A DNA stretch of 61,414 nucleotides, the filler included, from Nemertoderma westbladi (lineage: Eukaryota > Animalia > Xenacoelomorpha), in the NCBI GenBank assembly GCA_032718475.1. It is 3 parts of 3 records of this genome, joined end to end, with 100 filler letters (N's around TTAATTAATTAA, not from the genome) between each part and the next. Parts side by side here need not be neighbours in the genome. Positions count along the whole stretch, not along the records: positions 23,368 to 52,843 come from JAUCBJ010005403.1; 2 more parts are not named here. The stretch is one strand, 5' to 3'. Shown piece by piece: positions 37,051-49,600 of this stretch. Position 1 is the stretch's first letter. Every line of letters begins with the position of its first letter. The position numbers and the translations under genes were made by a program. Under the pieces are notes generated by a model. That model was not told the origin of the DNA. It searched no databases and worked only from the letters and a program-made list of their open reading frames with translations.

Positions 37051-38380
37051 CTAATTTGAGCTGTTCAGTCCAGCAATGAAATTGGAGACGTCATCCGGGA
37101 AATCGAAGTTCATGGCGAATATTAGTGCCAGTAGATAAAGGAACGCTTCGTCAAGAGTGGGAATTACCTTGCCGACAATAAACCCCTCCATAGTAACAAT
37201 CGCAGCCTCCATCTTTCCCTCATCCGGTTGAACCATTACTGTAATGAAGCACGGCAAATCCCCTGTTCCGGTACTCACTTCAACCGCAGAAATATTCTCC
37301 AACTCATCACCGGAATCATCTCCATGGGCAAGCTCACCCTGTCCCTCCTCAATCCCATGGGGATTACTCACATCCTCCTAAAATATATTATGAGTTTACA
37401 GTATATTTAATGTATTATCATCATCATGGTTAACCAAATTTACGAAATATTGATCACAAACATTTTCATATTGCAACAAAAAATTATAAAATAGTACTAA
37501 TTTAATTTAAAGTAAATTGAAGCTTATAAGCTTCATTATTATTACTTATAAGCTTAATTTAAAGCTTATTGACCAGGGTTTCCTGTTCACACCAGTCGCC
37601 TTTGAAACGTTTGGTCGCCCCGGTCCGGCAACGGAAGTTTTCCTGAAGGAGGTCGGTAGGAGGATACATTCATCGACACAGGATCCTCGCTCCCATCGTT
37701 TCCTGCTTCAGCGCATCGCGGTCGCAATACTCGTTGGGAACTCGGCCGCAGTCCTCGGTACAGTTGAATCTCCGTCAGAGGGCCTATTCGATATCCTAGA
37801 AAGCTAGATAGCACCTCTTCCTGCACCTGGATTATATATATTTAATAAACATTTTATTGTGATTTATGAACACTGAAAGTATTACTTTTATAATATTTAC
37901 CCCTTGATAATATTGAATAATGATTATATGTAGCAATCATAAATGGAATAAAAAAATAAAATAAAAAAAAATTTAAAGTAATAAAGTTATGAATTTAATA
38001 TTTCATTAAAGGCTGGACAGGCCATGAACCGTCATTAAAATAATAATAGTAATAATAATTAATAATTTGTGATGTAAATCATAACGGTGTATTATAGAAA
38101 TGAAATAGCGGTATTTTAAATAAATATAATACAAGTAATATAAATATATACTGAAATCCAGTCGTAAAAACAAAGGCTAACTTACCACATTCTTAACAAT
38201 GATACAGGCTGGTTCACTAAAGAACATCGACAGACCCATCAATACCTTAACTCTTTGCGAACATTTATCCTCCCATTTCTCGCACTGGGAAACGATATTA
38301 GCCACAGATTCCCGCCTGTTCTTTGGTGAAGTTTCTTTGAATATCTTCAGTATATTGACTAAGTGGAAATCAACCAATGC
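37051..38380 (-). CDS. Two 3' exons (38380-38186, 37377-37051) of a SAMD3-like protein of the kind associated with EnSpm/CACTA elements
   Basis: A phase-0 GTG|gtaagt donor and ttttag|GAG acceptor join ORFs 38177-38386 and 37051-37371. The segments LMGLSMFFSE and EGFIV..LDEAFLYLLALIFAMNFDFP resemble this family's C-terminus. Upstream exons were not identified. Confidence 0.5.
37563..37807 (+). pseudogene. CRE-like LINE 3' end (RLE C-terminus) in an intron
   Basis: FTPVAFETFGRPGP..FLLQRIAVAILVGNSAAV, clearly homologous to 56800-57014. Confidence 0.85.
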
Positions 38381-38501
38381 CTGCAATAATGCCTAGCAAT
38401 GCCAATGCCTAACATCCCTGCAATAAATTGATTCCATATAGGTACAGTCATTTGTAACTTCATAATATACCTACCAGGTGACATTTACATGGAATCCATG
38501 T

Positions 38502-41500
38502 TGTAGGATTATGGTGGGGGATTACTGGCTAGTACTGCACGACTGGGTAAGTACTAGGCCTATGGCATACTTATTTCATATTTATATTATATTGGCGAAC
38601 CTGATGTATTATATTTCAACCCAATGTCTATCATATATGGCGCTGCGAGTTACTCTCGACCTCGTATAGACTAAAGAATACAATAACGGATGGCCTATCA
38701 GCAAACCAGCATTGGCAGAAACCTTAAAAGGTTGGAATTATAGGATATAGTATTAAAATACCGGTTGTCAGGTTGTTAGGCCTACGAGAATACCGGTACT
38801 GCAAACTACAGTGAAGTTTGTCGCCAATCCTATCCTTTAGACTAGATTGTCACAATAGGGCCCAAACTTGAAATCAAACTGGAAGATCCAGCTGATGGTA
38901 ATATACCGATACCAATAAGAATAATGCCTTATGTGTTTCGCTTGAGCGATCTTCCAAAATTGGATCTCGAGGTGGAACGCTGCTCGGAATTTGAAGCATG
39001 GAAGAAGAAATGGAACTCATATCGACATCTTTCTGAATTAGTGCGGGAACCAGCAAAAAAACAGCTACAAGTACTCAATCTCTGTTTGTCTAATGAAACC
39101 TTAGCTATGGTAGACAACTTAGGCTTAACTGCTGAGCAGGCAGCAGATCAAGAGCAGGTACTTAGGCACCTTACAGCCCACATCAAAGGCCTGATAAATG
39201 AAAGTGTAGAGCGACGTCGTTTACGACAACGGCGACAACAGACTGGTGAGTCGTTTGACGATTTTCTTATCTCCTTAAGAGATCTTGTGAAAAACTGTAA
39301 CTTTTGCAATGAACTATGCAAAAGTAAGGCAATACGTGACCAAATAATTGATGGAATTATTGACACAGATACGTCGGAGTTGCTTCTTTTAGAGAGGGAC
39401 CTTACATTAGCGGATGCTGTAACAAAATCCCAAGCTTTGGAGTCAGCCAAACGTAATAATTCGAACTCAAATGCCATGGGGACGGGCACAGAAGTTAATG
39501 CATTAAACAGAAACCAGAGAGCTTCTTTTGGTACCGGTACTCCAGGAACCACTATTAATAGAAACAATAGATTTACATCTAGCAGTTCGGGTAGAAATAA
39601 TGGAAGGCCTAATATTCCACACTCTTCAACAGGGGCACATACCAATACATTTATTTGTACTAAATGTGGGCGGGCAGGATGTACCTTCAGATATTGTCCT
39701 GCACTATCGGCTACATGCCATAAGTGTGGCCGAAGGGGTCACCTTCAAGCAGCTTGTAGGACAGTTTCAAATACTAGATGGGATGGTTTCCAAGCAAATT
39801 CACTATTTGTGAACAATTGGGATCCATCTGAGACTGATCACTCTGGACAAGAGCAAGGTCAGTTCTCATACTTACACATGATCACAATTAATGGATTACA
39901 AAGTCAATCATCAGCCCCAAAAATAAATTTGGTCGCTAGAAGCTTGAATGGGTCAACAGTAATAAATGCTTTACCAGACACCGGTGCCGATATTTGTGCC
40001 GCAGGATTTTATTTGCTAGCCAAGCTAAATGAATGTGTAGAAAACATTTTTCCTTCAGAAATCAATACAACTGCGGCAAATGGTCAAAGAATGATATCCA
40101 GTGGATTCATACCAGTTAATATTAGTTATAATAACATAGAAACCACCGTTCGGTTTTATTTTTTCAGTGAATTGCACATTCTGTCATTCAGTCTTCACAT
40201 TTTGCACCCAGATTATCCCTTACCATTAGTCAATGTGAGTTCTGTAGCATACAGCAAGAAAGAACAATCACCTGTAACAGAAAATCCATCAGCAGAGAAT
40301 ATTGTAGTAGGCCAGCTCCAGGAACCCTTGAATACAATTCGTGTTGACGATCTTAAGTTAAGGTTCCCGACTGTTTTAGATGGGCAGATTCGCACTATGC
40401 CTGGGGAAATATTTAAAATTCATCTTACAGAAAATGCGAAACCCTTTTGTGTACATACTCCCCGGACTGTGCCATTTGCATTAATGGATAAATTACAGGC
40501 AGAAATTGAATTACTAGTAAACCAAGGTATTATTGCCCCAGTTACTGAACCTACAACATGGTGCTCACCAATTGTAGTTACCCCAAAGAAAGATTCTTCA
40601 AAAATAAGATTGTGTATAGACCTTTCTAAACTAAACAAATATGTCAAGCGAGAATATTACCAATCGACAACTCCAGCCTTAGCTGTTGCTGATATATCGA
40701 AACAGGCAAAGTTTTTTACAGTCATAGACGCATGGAAAGGCTATCATCAGTGCCCAATGGATGAGGAAAGTCAATTACTGACTACATTTATAACTCCATT
40801 TGGTCTATTTAAATTTTTACGTGCACCATTCGGAGTGTCCTCCATATCTGAACACTACGATAGACGCATGGCTGAGGCCTTGGAAGGAATTTCAAATATC
40901 CGACGTGTTGTTGATGACATCATTATATATGATGAGACACCAGAGAAACATTCAAAACATCTCATCGAAGTTTTCAATCGTTGCAGAGAGCGTGGAATCG
41001 CAATCAGTGTTGATAAAATGCAGTTATTTAAACGACAAGTAACTTTTGCAGGATATATTGTAAGTGAAAGTGGTTACAAGGTTGAACCTAGGATCACAGA
41101 CTCCATGCTTAACTTTCCTGCTCCAAGCTCTAGGACCGACATCCGTTCATTTTTTGGACTTGCAAATCAAGTAGCTAATGCAGTTCCAAATCTCACAGAA
41201 ACACTGAGTCCTTTACGATCACTCTTGTCCAGTAAACAAGAATTTCTTTGGACAGAAAATCATGATTTAGCTTTCGTGAAAGCAAAGAAGGTGTTATCTG
41301 AGGTGGATACATTATCATTTTATGACACTGATCATGAAACCAGACTGACGACAGATGCAAGCCGTGTTGGCTTAGGTTTTATACTGGCGCAGAAATCTGA
41401 AGGAACATGGCACCCGATCATGTATGGATCAAGGTTTTTGCACGATGCAGAAACAAGATATGCTGTTGTGGAACTGGAAATGCTGGCTGTGGCATGGGCT

Positions 41501-43341
41501 ATCTCCAAATGTGGACCATTTTTGTATGGCTTACCTCACTTTCAAGTAATAACAGACCACTATCCCATTGTGCCAATTATCAACAGCCACAGACTTGATG
41601 AAATAGAAAATCCACGTTTGCAGCGACTTAGAGCTAAGATAATGGCCTACAACATAACAGCTCAGTGGATCAAAGGTAGCAACAATGCAGCGGATGATGC
41701 CTTATCTCGTCATCCATCCACACCGGCAGAAATGATAGATGCCTTAGCAGAGGATGGTGTTTCAACTTTGGAACTTCGAGCGTTACAAACTGGGCCAAGA
41801 GAATATGAGAATCTTCGCATAACAGAACTAAGGGAGGCTGCAGAGTTGGATCAAAATTATCAAAGTCTCAGCAAACTCATCCTTAATGGTTTTCCAGACA
41901 ACAAATCCAAGATATGTGATGAGATGAAACCATACTGGAAATTTAGAGCAGACCTCTCTGTAGATGACGGTTTAGTACTCTGTGGATGCCGTCTTCTAAT
42001 TCCACAAGCACTGCGTAACACAATGTTGTATAGGATACATGAAGCTCATCAGGGGATCCAAAGGTTTCAAGCACGTGCTAGGTTAACGATTTTCTGGCCA
42101 GATATTGATGCAGATATTAAGATATATGTGGAATCATGTAAACACTGTCAGGATCATTTACCATCACACCCAGTAGAGCCTCTAATTTCTAAGCCCAGAC
42201 CTGAACGTCCATTCCAACAAATAGCTGCAGACTTTGGGGCCCATGGTGGAGAAAACTATCTCATCATAGTAGATTGTCTGACGGATTGGCCAGAAGTGAT
42301 CAGATGCGACAAGGATACAACAACAAGACAACTCACTTCGCAACTTCGTAATTTGTTCACTCGCATTCCTACACCAGATATATTATGGAGTGATGGTGGA
42401 ACACAATTCACCTCCAAGAAGTTTAAGGACTTCCTGAAAGACTGGGGAATTATCCATAAAGTGAGTAGCCCTTATCACCCATCATCAAATGGGAAAGCAG
42501 AATCGGCGGTTAAATCAGCAAAGAAGATCCTAATTGGATGTTTTCGCAATGGGAGACTGGATGAAAATACCCTTGCTAGAGCCTTAAAACAATATCGAAA
42601 TACTCCATGTAATCGTGATAGCCTCTCACCTGCACAGAAGCTTTATGGTAAACCAATCCAAGATTCCTTACCTGCTCATAGGTTATCATTTGATCCGCAG
42701 TGGCAGCGGGCGGCGGAAGTTGCAGAGAAACAATACTCAAGTCGTCAATCTTATCAAGAGGAATATTACAATTCGAGGTCACACCCTCTTCATGAGATTT
42801 GTGTTGGAACCCATGTTGCAATACAAAATGTTGTGACAAAACGGTGGGACATATATGGTATTGTTACAGAGATTAGTCCAAGAAGGCGATATTTTGTGAA
42901 GACTATTTCAGGCCGGGTTTTGGTGCGGAATAGGCGCTTTATAAGAAGACGTGTTCCGATGTCGATTCCAATGGGGATCAGAGGGAAATTGGGCGACTCT
43001 GTTGGATTGCCGGAAGTAGTCAAATCTCAGCCACCGGTGAATCCTGAAATCCCACGGCGAAGTAATAGGACTGTGAAAAAGCCGAGCCGCCTTGGTATTG
43101 AAGACTTAAGTTGGCCTTAGATCTACGTTATTACTATTAACTCAATAAACTCTTATTATTTTAGTCCTTAATTTAAACAATTTAATTAAGAACTCGAGGG
43201 GAGATGTAGGATTATGGTGGGGGATTACTGGCTAGTACTGCACGACTGGGTAAGTACTAGGCCTATGGCATACTTATTTCATATTTATATTATATTGGCG
43301 AACCTGATGTATTGATATTTCAACCCAATGTCTATCATATA
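38502..43341 (+). mobile_element. Full-length Gypsy LTR retrotransposon (Mag-like), recent insertion
   Basis: LTRs 38502-38637 and 43205-43341 differ by one visible 1-bp indel. TSD CATGT at 38497-38501 and 43342-43346; PBS TGGCGCTGCGAG at 38638; PPT GAGGGGAGA at 43196-43204. Confidence 0.95.
38924..43120 (+). CDS. Gag-Pol polyprotein (gag-PR-RT-RNase H-IN), 1398 aa
   Basis: CHKCGRRGHLQAAC knuckle; LPDTGAD protease; IDAWKGYHQ..APFG..VVDDII RT; TDAS..ELEMLAV..TDH RNase H; HEAHQG..CKHC and AADF..WSDGGTQF..SNGKAES integrase. Gypsy domain order. Confidence 0.95.
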   Translation: MPYVFRLSDLPKLDLEVERCSEFEAWKKKWNSYRHLSELVREPAKKQLQVLNLCLSNETLAMVDNLGLTAEQAADQEQVLRHLTAHIKGLINESVERRRLRQRRQQTGESFDDFLISLRDLVKNCNFCNELCKSKAIRDQIIDGIIDTDTSELLLLERDLTLADAVTKSQALESAKRNNSNSNAMGTGTEVNALNRNQRASFGTGTPGTTINRNNRFTSSSSGRNNGRPNIPHSSTGAHTNTFICTKCGRAGCTFRYCPALSATCHKCGRRGHLQAACRTVSNTRWDGFQANSLFVNNWDPSETDHSGQEQGQFSYLHMITINGLQSQSSAPKINLVARSLNGSTVINALPDTGADICAAGFYLLAKLNECVENIFPSEINTTAANGQRMISSGFIPVNISYNNIETTVRFYFFSELHILSFSLHILHPDYPLPLVNVSSVAYSKKEQSPVTENPSAENIVVGQLQEPLNTIRVDDLKLRFPTVLDGQIRTMPGEIFKIHLTENAKPFCVHTPRTVPFALMDKLQAEIELLVNQGIIAPVTEPTTWCSPIVVTPKKDSSKIRLCIDLSKLNKYVKREYYQSTTPALAVADISKQAKFFTVIDAWKGYHQCPMDEESQLLTTFITPFGLFKFLRAPFGVSSISEHYDRRMAEALEGISNIRRVVDDIIIYDETPEKHSKHLIEVFNRCRERGIAISVDKMQLFKRQVTFAGYIVSESGYKVEPRITDSMLNFPAPSSRTDIRSFFGLANQVANAVPNLTETLSPLRSLLSSKQEFLWTENHDLAFVKAKKVLSEVDTLSFYDTDHETRLTTDASRVGLGFILAQKSEGTWHPIMYGSRFLHDAETRYAVVELEMLAVAWAISKCGPFLYGLPHFQVITDHYPIVPIINSHRLDEIENPRLQRLRAKIMAYNITAQWIKGSNNAADDALSRHPSTPAEMIDALAEDGVSTLELRALQTGPREYENLRITELREAAELDQNYQSLSKLILNGFPDNKSKICDEMKPYWKFRADLSVDDGLVLCGCRLLIPQALRNTMLYRIHEAHQGIQRFQARARLTIFWPDIDADIKIYVESCKHCQDHLPSHPVEPLISKPRPERPFQQIAADFGAHGGENYLIIVDCLTDWPEVIRCDKDTTTRQLTSQLRNLFTRIPTPDILWSDGGTQFTSKKFKDFLKDWGIIHKVSSPYHPSSNGKAESAVKSAKKILIGCFRNGRLDENTLARALKQYRNTPCNRDSLSPAQKLYGKPIQDSLPAHRLSFDPQWQRAAEVAEKQYSSRQSYQEEYYNSRSHPLHEICVGTHVAIQNVVTKRWDIYGIVTEISPRRRYFVKTISGRVLVRNRRFIRRRVPMSIPMGIRGKLGDSVGLPEVVKSQPPVNPEIPRRSNRTVKKPSRLGIEDLSWP

Positions 43342-43931
43342 CATGTGTACCCAAAAAATTTTTTTTTTTAATTTAAAATATTCAAAAATGTTTTTTTTAC
43401 AAATTTTAAAATTAATTCGTATTTTGAATTCTTTATTGGGAGTGTTGTAGATGTTTGTCCACCTTGTCCCACCCATATTGTAGAAGGTGTCTAGAAAATT
43501 TCAAAACAAACGGACAGGAATTAACAAAATGACAAGCAATTTACATTTTAGAACATTATCGCCCCCTAGCGGCAGACAATTGAATATTACAGTCTAGGAT
43601 TCATTTCGTTCTATTTGTATTACTGCACCCACTAGAGGGACCTACCACACTAACCTTATCTGCATATGTATGAAGATCACCAGAAGTACCTCCACTCACA
43701 CAATCTAATGGCACAGACACACCAGAACTCTAAGCCACACGCCCAGCATTATCATCACCCACACGTACATCATCCACAACACAAACACCACCACTGACAA
43801 TTGAATTCTTCTCAATAGTTAATTCAGTAGAATTAACATCTACCATCAGTTTATGTATTGTTTTATCGTTAACCTCCTTCCCCATCTTTCTGACAAATGC
43901 ATCTAATAGATTGCATTTTGCACCAAGCGAT

Positions 43932-44180
43932 TTATTTACATTTCATCGATTTTATTTCCAGGTCCACTATCCCTGATTCTAATGTCGTATTGGATCGTTT
44001 TGCTATCTTAACCAACTGTCCAGCTTTGTTTGGTGATATTTTGTGTGTTGATGTTAGATGATCTTTTAAATATTTTAATGTTTTAGAACAGCCGTCAATA
44101 GGGCATACTTTCTCGTGGCGAGTTGGTATTTTCGTTGTGTTTGCAGCTTCGGACTCATTGGAGTAACCTTGATTAGACAT
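43932..44180 (-). pseudogene. Exon fragment with a single C2H2-like zinc finger
   Basis: CPIDGCSKTLKYLKDHLTSTH, preceded by a ttttattag acceptor. The frame ends soon after. Confidence 0.35.
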
Positions 44181-44739
44181 CTAATAAAAATATAATTAAA
44201 AAATATTATATTCATGCAATAATAAACTGTCTCAGTGGATCTGTCCCATTTTAACTAATATAATTAAACCCACCCACCACCCTAAGCATGCACTCCCTGT
44301 GATCCCCTCTGGTAGTCTGGCAATATTTAAAAAATATGTTATTGTGTTTGTAACTTACTTGAATTATTGTTATTGCAGAAACTTTGAAATCAGGAAAGAA
44401 GAATCATAAGCATAAATCAGGAAAGAAGAATCATAAGCAGAAATCAGGAAAGAAGAAGCATAAGTATTGAAATGCAGCAGATGTAATATCGAAATATTGA
44501 GATATTGAGATATATTAAGATATATATTGAGAGTTGACTAAGAAATATTGAGTGATGAATGCAACACTACATCAAATTTTCATAAATAATACATACAATA
44601 TCATAAAGCGTTGAAATGCAGCAGATGGGCTAAGAAGTATTATGGTAAGTATGATGAATCCAACTACATAACATTTTCACAAAATAAATATACAAATAGA
44701 TTGCATAAACCAACAAAAGAAAAAAATATAAAAAAAGAG

Positions 44740-45470
44740 AATTCCATAAACAATCTCCGTGAATCATGGCTTCCAAGTAAACAGCACTTGGCTGGCTTTC
44801 TACAAAATGTTACTTTGGAAAATCCAATACCACATTTTGTTGATGTTAGCCCCAATGGGGCATATGATGCCCTACTGGTTGTTGGGAACACATAAACGAT
44901 GCAGAACCACTTCCACTGAATGTAGCCCTTAACAAATATGTGCCCAGTGATTTTAAATTTGCAACCAAACAAAAACTTGTAGGTTTAAAAGATGACTGGT
45001 TAGCAACTAAAATGTTCCTTCATCACTGGGAGGTAGCACCATTTATTTTAGTTACAGCTGAGTTAGGTATATGTTTACTTACTTGTAAGAATCATAACGG
45101 TGGCAATTCCTTAAAGTATTTATATCCCCCTACGAATCCTGCCATTGATTGCTTTCTGACTCAATGTTCTGACAGACTGGGTCAAGCTGTTTTTGTACCT
45201 AGGACCTTCTATAATGCTAGGCTAGGTAAAGCAACACATACATTCCGGATGGTTAAAATTTGAAGGAGGTTACTCTGGCCTAGGTAGTTTTTTTGATGAC
45301 CACTGTACGCAAGTGGGATATACATTCTGACAGATTGGCTAAGGTTGAAAATTTAATTATGGAAAACAGGCCAGACAGCAGAGCATTGATTCAAAATTTA
45401 ATAGCTGATGAAACTTTGCCTTTATCAGTTGGAGAATGGTTTTTGAACACTCCATCCCTGATTGATGTAA
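44740..45470 (+). pseudogene. Decayed coding relic of unknown family (possibly TE-derived)
   Basis: Consecutive protein-like ORF pieces in shifting frames (..LLTCKNHNGG..YLYPPTNP..AVFVPRT..). No motif firmly recognised. Confidence 0.3.
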
Positions 45471-45479
45471 GCGGATTCA

Positions 45480-46697
45480 ATTCCCTTACATTACCCAACT
45501 GGTTCTGTGTCGAGTGCAAGTCGCCATCAGCGGTTAGCACCTCAGTCCCTAAGTCGGCGTCTGCGAAACCCATTACGGACTCCAAACCCACTATCGAGTT
45601 ACTGTGTGAGAAAATATATAAACTTAATAACTTCATTCGCGGAGGTGATGTCTATGATTGCACCTCTTCCGAAACGCGACCCGAAGATGCTTCCAGTTGT
45701 CACAAAGTCACAGGTAAACCTAGGCCGAAGAAGGGTACCAATTCCAACCATAGTCAGTCTATACCCCGAACTACCATGAATACCGGTACTAAGGGGAAAT
45801 CGAACAACCCTCCCCAGACACTGGATGAAAGAATTGCAACGACCATTGACAATGCTTTCCAGCGGCAAAAGGAATCAGAAGATGTCTGCTCATCATTTAT
45901 CGTGGAAGGATTATCGGATAGACAACCTGGCGAAGATGATTTCAAACTGATCCGAAAACTTCTCGATTCCATAAACTGCCAAGATATTCAAATCATGGGA
46001 TAGCGTCGTCTGCCGAAGCCTGCCTTTTCCAAGTATCGTAGATTAGTAAAGGTTGAAGTAAAGTCCCCTGCCGATCGACTGTTTGTTCTTAGAAGCAAAA
46101 AATTACTCTGCAATTTGACTGAGTTTAATCGAGTTTATCTCCGACCCGCTCTCACGACGGAAGCCATTGGGCATCGCAACGTTCTATGAGTACATTCTTC
46201 AACACTCAATAACCTGCGGGATAATTCTCCTAGAACTCTTGTGGTATATGATAATCGGGCTGATCATTACGTCCTACGTCGCGCGAACTCTGAGGGGAAA
46301 ATTGATTGGCGTTACGTTGTAGCGATTTCTGAGGCCGACTATGACACCGCATCTGGAAAACTCGACACTCAACGTCAGAAAAATAACTTCCGTACACCAA
46401 TTATCGGACCAAGGTTTCAGAACCCAGCAACAGTAGTACGCGCTACAGCGGAAAACAATTAGGAGGTAACCCAGTAGTAAACTTATCTAACAAAACCACC
46501 GTTCTTAATGAAACTTTGACCACTTGTAATAACAATAGCGATATTGATATTGCTAAATTATCATGTTATTTTGCTAATGCACAATCTGTACGTGACGAAA
46601 GTAAACGTGCAGAAGTGCAAGTTATATTATCTAAACACGATATAGTGGGAATTTGTGAAACTTTTCTAAAGAATGATGATGTAAATTTGTTAATAAC
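45480..46697 (+). pseudogene. CR1/Jockey-group LINE 5' part: ORF1 plus the start of the APE endonuclease, truncated by a DNA transposon
   Basis: WFCVEC (PHD end); FIVEGLSD..RLVKVEV..RVYLRPALT (ORF1 RRM-like); LSCYFANAQSV..HDIVGICETFL (APE domains I-II). Confidence 0.75.
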
Positions 46698-49600
46698 TAG
46701 GGGTAGGAGGTAGATAGTCATGTCTTAAAATATTGGGGGCACCACCCTTAAAAGATGCAGAATTTAATTCTGAGTCAGAAAATGAACTTTATTTTGAATT
46801 TCGGTAAACTAAATCCAGGATCATGGTGTTTTAAAGACCGGAGGTCCGATCGGCTGATTTTATCGATCGCGGTGTTTTCACAAGGTTCATGGTGAGTAGT
46901 GTGATTGATATATCAGAATTTAATGCTTGTATAAAGGTAAAAAACGATCTCCTGGGGTAAATATATCCACAAAATTAGAATTTGAGTTCAAAAACGACAT
47001 AATCTGCATAATAAAAGATAAATTTGACACATATGGACTTATTTAGGCCAAATGATGATAAAATCACCAAAATTCGCACCAAAAAATGAATTTACCTGCA
47101 GCCTTAGTAGAACTGAAGTGGATTTTCAGTATTAAGCTCTGCCACGACGTCAACGTGATGCAGGAGGGCAGAGTTTGGCTTTTTGGTGTCTAATACTGGA
47201 AGCCATGTAAACCAGTGGTCTAGAAACTTGGCTTTTTGATTGAACGGAAGCCACATAAACCGGATAGTACAGCTATGCTCTTATTTCAATGAATCAATAA
47301 GTTGATCAATTGAAGCACAATTCCTCAGTTTGAATGTCATATTTCTCATATTTGTTATATCCCAATGACCATCAATTGGGCATGGGAAAACTTGTTCAAT
47401 ATATATGTCTGCGATGTCTTTCACTTCTGGATATTTCCAAATAAAATGAGAATTTGCAGAAACTCTTGTAAGGTGGTCAAAAGTAAAGATATCTGTATTG
47501 TCATGTTCTGTTTTTTTCTGTGCAGTATCCCAGGTACCAATTTCTCTTCCCCCTCTCATTCCAAAGTGTTATATACATTTCATTGACAGATATGATATTA
47601 CTGTCAATGTTAGCAGGAGGTGGTGTACTTCCATCATTTAAGGCTTGCAAGGCATCCACATTTGATGGAAGTTCCTGGAATTGACCTTGGGTAGATGACT
47701 CACTGCCGTCAGAGAGAAGCACACACAAGTTCTCGAGTCTCTCTTCATGGCTGATCTTTATTAGCCTAAAAAGATCGGGTCTCATTATTGTGTCAGCTCT
47801 GTGCGTATTTCTATAGTACGTCAGTTCAGTTTTTACAATTTTTTCTTCCCTTAATTGGTTTGATTGAATAATTGATTGAAGCTCTTCAATGGACACCACT
47901 GGTCCTCCCCAGGTTTTACATAGTTCCAAGAGCTTCAACGTAGTAGCTTTAAGTGCTGTTGCTTTTTGAAATTTTACAAGCAGTTGTGCTTTTTTGATCT
48001 CTTTTTGTGAAGAGTCCCAAGTCGATTCACGACTAGATAACATTTTTAATATCTTGCTGGTAGTGGTATCAGTAGTATGCGAAAATGAGGAAGAATGAAG
48101 TGTCATATTATTTCTGATGGCTTTGGCTTTAAACTTATAATTTCGAGATTTGGCTGTCACAGCAAACCTATCAAATACAGCCAACTCTCTTTCAGCAACT
48201 ATGTTGTTTGTTGGAAGCCCATCTAGTTGTGATGTCGATAATTTAAAAAGTTCAGTAGCTCGAATAGGTTCTCCTGTTCCAAACCCATATTCCCGAGCAC
48301 ACTGAATATAAATGGATAAAGAGGAGTGCTCAGCCATTGCTTTGAGAAGGTGCTTCTCCAATTCAGACTCAGGTATATTGATGTTAATGGAACATGAAAT
48401 TTTTGCAATGTTTCAAAGTTATTATCTTTCAAATCAGTGTAGAGCTTTGGAAAGATTTCAAGAAGATCTGATTGAGAAGATACTTCGATGCAGTTAAGCA
48501 AAGGAAGCGTGACTTTATAAGTAAAATATGCAAGTACACAAAGTTCTGTAAGAAACAGTTCCGAATCTAAAAATAACCGTACAGATTCGATGTGTTGGTT
48601 GCTGTGGTTGGTTTCATTAAGCAACATGTTAAGATATGGAAGGGCATCAATTATAGATCCACATAAATATCCGAGTTTAGTGAAACGTCTTTCCTTATAT
48701 AGAGACATGTGCTTTACCTGACCCTCCCTCTCTATAATGTGGTCAAATTGATCAGCAATATTCGTAGATGCTGCCGATTTCTCATAGCTGACAAGATTGA
48801 GAATTGCCTTGATACCAGCCACTGCAGCACACTTTTCCCCTCTTAGAAATGATTTGATGGCAGGGCAATTCTTTCCAAGTCACTCTCTAAACTTCACTTT
48901 GTTTTCGAGATTGGCCAACACTTCTAAATTTGACCTATCCAGTGCTTCAACTGTATGCGATTTGCAAAGAAGGTGTAATGGTTTGTGAGATGCATGCAAT
49001 TTTTCACAAACCCCATCTTCTATGTGTAAATTTTTTGTTGCAGCATCTGTCATAATGCTGGTTGTTCTATTCCATAATTGGTTTGCTGAGACAGTTTCAC
49101 CAGTACTTATCGAAACTGCAGTGGCTAATCGAGTATAGGTCTCAACAATGAGATTAACAATATTTTCTCTATCTTCGTGGGCAAAGAAAAGTGGTCTAAG
49201 TGAGAACCGGTTCCCATTGGTAAATATGATAATTAAGGCAGGCCATTCACCATCAATTCTACATCGACTAGTAGTATCATAACGTAGAGTGACTTTCTCA
49301 TGGGGTTGCATATTATGCAACGCTAATCCTGCATCGGTTTCATGTTGAATAGCCTGTAGTTGCTTATAGTCTGCTATAGTTTTGGCAGAAGGCAACACAT
49401 ACTTATATTTATCATAATCCGAGATCGACACTGGTGGTTTTGATTTACTGATAATGTGTACTTTCGATCGTATGTTGTTCACTTCATCATTGGGACGCTT
49501 GGTGCTATGATGGTCAATAGGAGAGTCATGTTCTTGATCAGTATTTGTAATGAACCGAGACTGCGTTATACTAGTATTAGGCGACTCTTTGTGTAAGTAA

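Noticed and set aside
39148-43023. Short alternative-frame and antisense ORFs within the Gypsy (likewise within the LINEs and transposases)
   Set aside because: Shadows of the main coding frames, with no independent motifs.
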